Below the pieces are notes generated by a model. The model saw nothing but the letters and a program-made list of their open reading frames with translations, had not been told where the DNA came from and ran no database searches. Positions 55,037-64,000 of a DNA stretch of 64,000 nucleotides are shown piece after piece. The DNA comes from Octopus vulgaris (lineage: Eukaryota). Location of the stretch: contig OX597814.1 of assembly GCA_951406725.2 (NCBI GenBank), positions 37,262,001-37,326,000 on the forward strand, read 5' to 3'. The position numbers were made by a program, and so were the translations under genes. The first letter of the stretch is position 1. Each line of letters opens with the position of its first letter.

Positions 55037-55661
55037 ATGACAAATATTAAAGAGAGGGAGAAAGTTAAAAGCGTACTTAGCGTTTATTGTATTTTACAAC
55101 GGTGGAGAATGTTAGAAGGTTGTCTATTCATAAACAATGTAGATCCTGGGCCTGTATATGCCGTAGACAGAGATTATGCCGAGAAAAGAACCGTGTGTAT
55201 GATGCATGGAAAAATAAAACTAAGAAATATATTATTGACGAAACTAGTGGTAAAGTTGAAATCCATGCAAGTTGATAATATTAATACTCATGCAAAATTC
55301 ATATTACAACATAAATGAAGACAAGAAATAGTAAATTAACCACTTATAAGATAAAGCGTCTTGTTTCAGTAAGAATACATAAAGATACAGGAAAGTGTAA
55401 GATGTAAAATGTCTATAGATTTAAGTATTGAAATGGGTCAAAGAGAGTGAGAGCGAGAGAGACGTTCGGTACTACGTAAGTGAATAACAATGAAGCGTGA
55501 AGCGATATACTGAAAAGAATGTCGAAGTCAATAGGTTAACAGGCTTGGTAGGAAAACCTGGGGAGATTAAAATCAGAATTGTGAGATAATTTACGGTAGG
55601 AGTATATACATATATATATGCACAAATGCTGCTGCCTCGTGTATATATATTCCTCCTGGCT

Positions 55662-55752
55662 TCTTTACCGATGATTGACTTGATTAAATTTGATTTAATT
55701 TAATTAGGCTGGTTTGCCATAAAGAACGTCGAAAGAATGCATTGTCTAAAGA
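55662..55752 (+). ncRNA. Near-intact type I hammerhead ribozyme
   Basis: TCTTTA CCGATGA TT GAC...GTC GAAA GAATGCATTG TC TAAAGA; perfect 6-bp stem I, one core change (U4>C). Confidence 0.65.
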
Positions 55753-56133
55753 TAAATAGGGTAAATGTTTTTTAATTTTCCTTTAATTTCTGAATTACTA
55801 CTATTTAGCGGTTTGAGTCTCGGCTGCTCTTTCTAGTGGGTCGAATGGCCTATCAGGGCCGTTCCTCAATGTTGTTGAAATTATATACATAGTCTGTGAC
55901 TATTTTCTCTTTCTCACTAGACCGCTGGTGGCAAAAAATTTCTGTTGAGTTGTTTGCTACCCTTATATTGATTAAAAAACACATATATATATATATATAT
56001 ATGTATATGCATATATATATATATATTCGTTTGTGTGTGTGTTTGTGTGTGTATATGTGTATATGTGTGTCTCTGTGTTAAATAAACAAAGCCAAGGGTG
56101 TGTGGAATTTACAGGGCATTTTATAAAGAGAAA

Positions 56134-56181
56134 GTTTTACAGCTGTTACTGGGATATTAGGGATATCCTTTCATCAGAGAG
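56134..56181 (-). ncRNA. Decayed type I hammerhead ribozyme
   Basis: Minus strand: CTCT CTGATGA AA GGATAT-CCCTA-ATATCC CA GTAA CAGCTG TA AAAC; palindromic ACAGCTGT, GAAA>GTAA, stem I eroded. Confidence 0.55.
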
Positions 56182-56327
56182 GATGTGAGTTGGTTCAATA
56201 GAGGGAAATATTAGAGATCAATATAAGGAGTTATTTTGCAAAGAAAGGAAATAAAGAGCGTTTAGAGAAACAGGAGAATGAATGCAGAACTAACATATAT
56301 ATATATATATATATATATTATGGTATA

Positions 56328-56381
<54 letters not shown>

Positions 56382-56482
56382 AATTAGAGACAAAACCACT
56401 ATTATGCAAATCAAACAAAGAAAGACTTAATCCAATACATAAATTAATTTATATAATTTAGAAATTTAACAATTATTAATAT

Positions 56483-56546
56483 CCACTACGATCGTTTCAT
56501 GTCTTCTTTTCATCACATCTTTGAGTAGTAGACATTCTTCAGGTGG
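56483..56546 (-). ncRNA. Type I hammerhead ribozyme, intact core (left arm)
   Basis: Exact reverse complement of 56627-56690. Confidence 0.85.
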
Positions 56547-56626
56547 TTTCAAATCTTCTTGGCGAGTTTAAACTACCACTACATTCTCAAAATGTCATAG
56601 TTTAAACTCGCCAAGAAGATTTGAAA

Positions 56627-56690
56627 CCACCTGAAGAATGTCTACTACTCAAAGATGTGATGAAAAGAAGACATGAAACGATCGTAGTGG
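56627..56690 (+). ncRNA. Type I hammerhead ribozyme, intact core (right arm)
   Basis: CCAC CTGAAGA ATGTCT-(25 nt)-AGACAT GAAA CGATCG TA GTGG; predicted cleavage after A56686 (GUA). Confidence 0.85.
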
Positions 56691-56867
56691 ATATTAATAA
56701 TTGCTAAATTTCTAAATTATATAAATTACTTTATGTATTGGATTAAGTCTTTCTTTGTTTGATTTGCATAATAGTGGTTTTGTCTCTAATTCATATAATA
56801 TAATATTTTACTATAAATTGGATTCAATCCTAAATCTGATTTTTCCCTGTAAGTTTGGATTTATTCC

Positions 56868-56926
<59 letters not shown>

Positions 56927-57372
56927 GTTGCAGTTCCATTATCTAATTAAAGTGGTGTGTAGAAGTAGTAGAAATGTTTCTAGACCATGGTATGTAAATT
57001 CCAATAGGAGTTCATATATTGTCATTACAAATGCAAAGTGTGAGGAAGTGGATTCTATGTATTATTCATCCAAAGGGGTCTTTTGGTGTGAATGACAATT
57101 TGAGAATGTAGTGGTAGTATTAAGCGGACAGAGAGGGGGGGAAGCAATGTGCATGTCAAAATGAGGACAGGGGTCAAAGGAAAAGGTGAGAAAAGAAGGA
57201 AAGAAAGAGGAAGAGAAAAGGAGAAAAGAGTGAAAGAAAGTGAACAAAGTGAGAAAGGTGTGTTATTTGGTGGCCAAGATTTTATGACGGGGATGAGAGA
57301 GGAGTAGGGAAGGGACAGAGATAGATTAGAATGTAAGTAGTAAATGTGTGAGGCGTGTGAGATAGAGTGATA

Positions 57373-57606
57373 TTTTTTTTTTTTTTTTTTGTACTTGTTT
57401 CAGTCATTTGACTGCGGCCATGCTGGAGCACCGCCTTTAGAGTGGTGAAAGAGTACAGCAGGGATCACCACCATCCCCTGCCGGAGCCTCGTGGAGCTTT
57501 TAGGTGTTTTCGCTCAATAAACACACACAACGCCCGGTCTGAGAATCGAAACCGCGATCCTCCGACCGCAAGTCCGCTGCCCTAACCACTGGGCCATTGC
57601 GCCTCC
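57373..57606 (-). mobile_element. Young tRNA-derived SINE: family B head and body with family A tail and poly(A)
   Basis: Head GGAGGCGCAATGGCCCAGTGGTTAGGGCAGCGGAC...GGTTTCGATTC; tail matches 57947-57989. Confidence 0.85.
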
Positions 57607-57926
57607 ATATGTTAGAATGACACTAATGGATGGGTAGAAAAAAGGTATTGCAGAGGATTTTCTAAAGTAAGTAGTAAACCTCAGAACGGAAGGGAAGAAT
57701 ACTAATAATGGTCAAGATTCTATGAATAAACTTATGTTTTTATTCTACTGGCTAAAGTGATAGTGTGGGTTGAGGAATCAGAGAGAAAGAGAGACAGAAG
57801 TGTTTGTCGATGTATGCACGAGCGCATACATATACATATATGTGTGTGCATGCGTACTTGTATATTTACACAGATACGCATACATGCAAATATACATAAA
57901 CACATATACATAAACACATATATACA

Positions 57927-58155
57927 TACTCTTTTACTCTTTTAATTGTTTCAGTCATTTGACTGCGGCCATGCTGGAGCACCGCCTTTAATCGATCAAC
58001 TCGACCCCAGGACTTATTCTTTTGTAAGCCCAGTACTTATTCTATCGGTCCCTTTAGCCGAATCGCTAAGTAACGGGGACATAAACACACCAGCATCGGT
58101 TGTCAAGCAATGCTAGCGGGACAAACACAGACACACAAACACACACACACACATA
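57927..58155 (-). mobile_element. SINE family A, 3' half
   Basis: Reverse-complement match to 10190-10385. Confidence 0.85.
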
Positions 58156-58157
58156 TA

Positions 58158-58590
58158 TATAATAATAATGAAATTATCGTATACAGTGCTCAGGTGCACC
58201 ACAACTTGTCAGACAGTGCATATAAAGCACATGCAGTAATGTACAAATGTCTGGAAAGCGAACAATGCATGAGTCACATACATGCTTGTGTGTTTATGGA
58301 GGGGAGAAAATCAGGTGTAGTGTTGGCGAATCTCAGAAAGCATGGAGGTTTTGAATGATGCAGTGCTCCGACAACTATTAACTAATGCCGACAGTTTGTT
58401 CCATGCTTCAGCAACTCTCAGTGTGAAAAAATGTTTCCTGAAGTCATGGGAGCTGTGCTGTTTTCTGACTTTGTAAATATGTCCACGGTTGTTAAGATGG
58501 GTGGAGTTGGAAAAGGTGCTCAGAGTTATTGTTTGTACGATGGTTGATAATTTTATGGGTGTCTGGCAAGTCAGCTGAGAGTGTAACTAC
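58158..58590 (-). mobile_element. CR1-like LINE 3' end with short (ATT)n tail
   Basis: Minus strand: DLPDTHKIINH...RGHIYKVRKQHSSHDFRKHFFTLRVAEAWNKL...STASFK. Confidence 0.85.
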
Positions 58591-59422
58591 AGTCCTTCCA
58601 TATGTTTGTATATGTATGTGTATATATACACTGATACCCAAACTCTCACACATTTATGAATCAAAGAATTGTATGTAATATTTTAATCATAGTGCAAACA
58701 AAAGTGTGAAATTATGAGACATTTTATATAGAGAAACACGCAGATTTAATAGAAAATTTACTGTCTAGCCCACCTTAACACATTAATAATTTCCATATCG
58801 CATACAGTCACTAACATAAATATGTAAGGTGCGTAACGCATCAAGATATTAATGCCATTTATTCCGTCTGAAACAAATATAATGAAATATTTCCTAATTC
58901 CGATTCGTGATATTTAGTGTATTACAAAAAAGAACAAACAAAAAATGTTCTTCTTTGAAAGAAAACGTAAACAAATTTATATTCAACAGGTAATATCTTC
59001 CTCACCCCAATATTTTAAATTTATATTTAATCGGATCGATAAAAGCCATTATTAGTTAATTCTTTAGTTAAATTTCGCATGGATCAGAAAGATTTATATA
59101 TTATTAGAGAGTGAAAAATAGAAAATAATGCTTATAAATGTAGCAAACTGTAAATGATTTTGTGTTTAATGTAGAAGTAAATGATGAGTTTTAAACACGC
59201 AAATCATGTAAATATTTAATCAAGTGTTTTATATGTATTTTTACATCTAGCTACATTATTTGTATTATTAATGTCTGTATTCATATTTTCTGATTCACTG
59301 AATATATAATTTAAATAATCCGTCCCCATTTAGCAATTTCCTACAACATTATGTAATTCAAATTTAGTAAAACATTGAATATTTTTTCCCTCTCTTTGTC
59401 TATGTTACTTTTAACAACTGTA

Positions 59423-59453
<31 letters not shown>

Positions 59454-61978
59454 GTCTGTGCATGTGTGCGCAAGCATATTCATGTATATATTTGTGCATT
59501 TGTGGGCATCAGTGTATGTGCAATAAACATATAAACGTATCTTTGTTACTGCTTTTAAATAGCAATATACTCGGTGCAGCATAGAGTGCTTTACTGTAAA
59601 AAGAGTCTGACAGATGATTTACTGATTACAATTATGTGAATATGTTTGGCCACTATGTCGGTAATAAGCTGTGTAGTACATACAAAAGACGCATGCACAC
59701 ATGCTTTTGAATAAATTAAATATATATCGATATATAATCACTGGTAATTGGTGGAATTACTACATAGCGCCTAATACTATGATTGGTTGTACTCTAGTAG
59801 AGAACATGTCTTTCGTCATATGTCAAAGAATATCTTGCTAGCGTGTTGCCATGTGGTATCTCATCTGTATCACGTCAACGGATGCGTTTTGTTTCTTTGT
59901 GTCTTACGCAGTTCGCTTATTTTGACAACTTTCAATTGGCTTTATGCTTTAATAAAATAGACTGGAAAATCACATGATTCATGTCTTGGACACAATAACT
60001 TTTCAAATCTCTTCTCTTAATTAACTCACAAGTAATCCTTATAACATGTTCACTATCACATTTTTTTTCCTTAATCTTATAGATTATATAAGAATCCTAT
60101 CTCATTGAAGAGATAAAGTGTATGTTGTTGAGAGCATCCACGTTAACTGTCATTTAGTTATTTGTAACTCATCTCAATTCACACCAGGAACATTTCATTG
60201 AGATTCCAGTTACAAGGTGAAGGTTATGATCATTTCTGAGCTTATCTTGCAGTTCAAAAATTTGATACATGTGTAAATAAGCGTTTCAAATTATCCGATA
60301 CCATCCATTATTTCTGTCTCCTGGCCTAACATACGCCAGTTAGACATCAACTCTGCTAAGGGATGCTTTAGATATATGCCGTCTCAAACGCATTTGAGAT
60401 AGTCGTCAAGCATCACAGACAGCTTGCGGAGTTTCATCAATTTTGCATGAGTTTACACACGGTTCTGTCGACTAGACACAATCCCAGTGTGCATCTAAAA
60501 TAATAACCCAAATTCTTACTAGTGCTAAAGATATGAACTCTCCATAATAGGGATTTTTTTGTACTCTTCCAAACAAATGCGCTTCGTTTAGGATATAGAC
60601 TGGTATCATTCTGAAGGCGCTACCTTCCCTTGTATTCATTTTTTTGCACGATCAAGTTATAGTAGGTAACTATAAAGTTCTTTCGACTACTCCACTTCGA
60701 ATCCGCCTGCAAGTAGGAAATACGTAGGCCTCGTTGTCAAAGAAGACGCGTTCGTTCTTGAAAATCATGTGTTACTGATTCTAACAACAACTATAGTATG
60801 TTAAAAGTTTTGCGTATTTTTACTGCCACGATGGTACACGCCAACACACATATATATTTTGCAGTCTCAAAATGGCAGTGTTGATTAAAAAAATATAGGA
60901 TAAGAGAGAGGCCACGTACCTTAGCTCTGCAGAACAAAATAAAGCGATCGCCTACGCAGACTGGGTTAGTTAACGCAAACTGTTGTTCTACGTTGTTCGG
61001 CAGATTTATTCACTTTTAGAAATTTATACCTATTGATTTTTTAATACTTTTCAACGTCCTCTTTAAGAAATTAATGTATACATATTTAAATGGCATTTAC
61101 GGAAAGACCAGAGTTATGCTATGTTTTGTAAACAACTAAATCGTTGTGGCCTTGGTTTGTGTGAGTAAATTATAACGATTGCTAGCTTGCTTGTTACCAT
61201 TCCACCTGTGGTCACTTTTGTACTAGTGATGAGGCTTATGTGCTTTCATATCCTTGACGGAGTAATTTTATGTTCAGCTGTCGTTGTAGCATGTTCTTTG
61301 TGTTTAATCTTAGCAATCGTTTGATTCCATATTTGTATATATAGTTTTTGTTGTTGAGATCGTGGACGCGGTCAATTTCGTTATATGTTTGCATTTGGTG
61401 GTAACTGATTTGCACTTCATTGTTGTGTCAAATATTCTATTTTCTTTTACTGAATAGGTATATTTTCACCTTGTTCTAGAAATATCCTGGCATATTCTGT
61501 TTCTCCCTTCTACTCCTCGACATAGGTGGATAAGCAAAGTAGGTGCATGAGTTTATATATATGTCTGTGTTCCGTATTGCTGTTGGTGTTGTTATTGCTT
61601 GTAGGGCAATTCTTTGAGACGACTACTCCCAACGTTTCTGGTAGTAAAACCATTCGTTATTTTACATTTATTTCTCCTTGTCAATTTTGCTTTTCTATTG
61701 GTGCTTCTTTTACTGCTCACATTGTAGCTACCACTTATGTGTATCTTGAAGTGGTAACAAGTTCGCTTGTCAGTAAAGAAATATCCACATGTCATATCAC
61801 TAAACAAAAAAAAAATATCCAAGCAGTTTCCTCTAGCTGTCCTGTCATCTAACACAGCACTAATTAATTGCGTTCAGTCTGAACTCATATTTAAAATTAG
61901 AGAGTAATATGAAGCCTGACTGGATCACGGCGACAGCGATAGTTTTGATGAAGCTAATGATACTACTACAACAACAAA

Positions 61979-61980
<2 letters not shown>

Positions 61981-62038
<58 letters not shown>

Positions 62039-62276
62039 CAATAATAATAATGATGCTGATCAAGAAGAAGAAGATGAGGAAGAAGAAGAAGAAGAAGAAG
62101 AAGAAGAAGAAGAAGAAGATGAAGAAAAAGAAGAAGAAGTTGAAGAAGAAGAAGAAGAAGAAGTTGAAGAAGAAGAAGAAGAAGTTGAAGAAGAAGAAGA
62201 AGAAGAAGAAGAAGAAGAAGAAGAAGAAGAAGAAGAAGAAGAAGAAGAAGAAGAAGAAGAAGAAGAAGAAGAAGAA
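61981..62276. repeat. (CTA)n then (GAA)n microsatellites
   Basis: Seen directly; source of the poly-L/poly-K/poly-S ORFs. Confidence 0.97.
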
Positions 62277-62432
62277 ATTTGTGGGATGCTTTTAAGGCAA
62301 CTGTTGCGTGGACCATAATAGCTTTGAAACAATCTATACCTTTAATAAAATTAGTGAAAATAAAGCAGGGTGAAATGAAGTTAAAAAATTAGGATACTCC
62401 AAGTGCAAATTTTTGCCTCAAAATTAATAATC

Positions 62433-62646
62433 ATTTCTTTACTACCCACAAGGGGCTAAACACAGAAGGGACAGACAGACGGATTAAGTCGATTATATCG
62501 ACTCCAGTGCGTAACTGGTACTTAATTTATCGAACCCGAAAGGATGAAAGGCAAAGTCAACTTCGGCGGAAATTTAACTCACAACGTAACGGCAGACGAA
62601 ATACCGCTCGGCATTTCGCCCGACGTGCTAACGATTCTGCCAGCTA
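62433..62646 (-). mobile_element. SINE family D, best-preserved copy
   Basis: Minus-strand AGCTGGCAGAATCGTTAGCACG...GAGTTAAATTTCCGCC...; at least ten related copies in the window. Confidence 0.85.
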
Positions 62647-63295
62647 GAGTTTCCTTACCAAAATCGAAAGGAAAATAATTCTCGGTGAGTGCAGAATACA
62701 AGGTCTTTGCTGTGATTTATGGTTTCAGACGCAATATGGTGATAGTGAAGAAAACAACAAAAATATCGGAAGTATAGATAAAATACGATTCTTATAGTAG
62801 GAGCACAATACATGAGAAAGATTCCGAAACGTGTCTGTTTTCTTTCACTATCATGGAATTACCATTATGCATTACTGTAAATGCATCCTAAACAAGCTCT
62901 TTGAGGTCAGATTCAAAGTGACAATAACCATTAATATCGGAATTTTCTACTGATCCAAATAGAAAAACAAAATAATATTGTTTTTTCAGAGTTTCTGTGC
63001 TGTGTCGCGTGTAAGGTGGATGTTATTTGAGGTGGAATTACGGGGAATCACAAAACGGTTGCTTCTCTGACAGAGATTTAATTTTTGGTTACAAAGCACC
63101 AAGTCATTGAAGTTAAGGATAAACGACGAGATAAAAATATGATACTAATGATGATCATAGTAACAATAACAACAACAATCACAAACACAGCCTCAACCAC
63201 CACTACAACAACAGCAACAACAACGAAAGCATTGTCTCTTATCGACAGGTCAGAATGTCAGCGGTGGTTCTAAACAACTGAATGATTATGAAAGC

Positions 63296-63817
63296 TAGTG
63301 GGCTACAGCAAATATTCGGCTCAATACCACAGATTTCCATGTCAGTGGTTTGACCATAACCAGTTGAGAATGTCGCTCAGTGGCTGACGATATGTGCATC
63401 CCTGATTAACAACAGAAGTAGTGGGGGATAATCATAGCCATGTGTTAAAAGGAATTCTTTGAGGTTTGGATAATTCACGCCTGGAAACGTAACTCTTTCG
63501 CTTAGCATCCTTAAACAACCCTTATTCAGGGACCTTTTGAGCATGATAGGCTGCTCGACGTGACAAACATTCTAACTGGGCCACACCAGCAAGGTCATGC
63601 GCTGTATATGTTCATATGAGAGCACCATGTGGGACACATATGTTTGTGATGCATGTGTCTGGTGTACCCTTATCAGACGAGTAGTCATGGTGATTATACT
63701 GGGCGTACATTATTTTACCCCAGTATCATTGAATGGCATGCTCTGCTCGCTTACTCAATAATAATAATAATATCTTACCCCAGTATCACTTTGATTGCAT
63801 GCACTGCTCTCTCACTC

Positions 63818-63900
<83 letters not shown>

Positions 63901-63950
63901 TAATAATAATAATAATAATAATAGTAATTATAATTATAATAATAATAATA
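63296..63950 (+). mobile_element. Probable non-LTR retroposon 3' region ending in (AAT)n, with its last ~45 bp duplicated
   Basis: TTACCCCAGTATCA...GCATGC.CTGCTC.CT.ACTCAATAATAAT occurs at 63716 and 63776, each followed by AAT repeats. Confidence 0.5.
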
Positions 63951-64000
63951 ACGGCAACAACAACGACAAAAATAATACAGTGTATCTCTCGGCCATAGTT

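Larger units (their letters stand above)
56371..56871. mobile_element. Young Penelope-like insertion reduced to inverted pLTR plus pLTR (205-bp arms 56371-56575 / 56598-56802, 22-nt spacer), within (TA)n
   Basis: Arms are reverse complements with 3 mismatches by my count; the right side extends ~70 bp further; (TA)n on both flanks. Confidence 0.8.

Noticed and set aside
57530-57606. tRNA-like sequence (also 21570-21641 and 9936-10010)
   Set aside because: These are SINE heads continuing into SINE bodies, not stand-alone tRNA genes.
59930-61530. Possible very old retroelement coding debris on the minus strand
   Set aside because: No diagnostic motif could be read with confidence.

Overview
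AT-rich eukaryotic non-coding DNA (intergenic or deep intron) with no recognisable host protein-coding exon. The supplied ORFs are almost all microsatellite translations or transposon debris. The SINE families and very dense simple repeats resemble an octopus (coleoid cephalopod) genome; this is my recognition, not a search result. The window is a mosaic of tRNA-derived SINEs, decayed LINEs (R4/Dong-like, RTE-like, CR1/L2-like), a DD37D Tc1/mariner remnant, Merlin (IS1595-like) remnants and Penelope-like retroelement pieces. The strongest unannotated signal is RNA-level: about a dozen type I hammerhead ribozyme (HHR) motifs from several unrelated repeat families. Three have fully intact catalytic cores: a mirror-image pair in a near-perfect 205-bp-arm palindrome at 56371-56802, and one at 50151-50249. 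The rest are decayed. Most lie beside (TA)n tracts, often inside inverted repeats, and the families use different palindromic stem III sequences. All motifs, folds and translations were read by eye, so boundaries are approximate and no activity is demonstrated.
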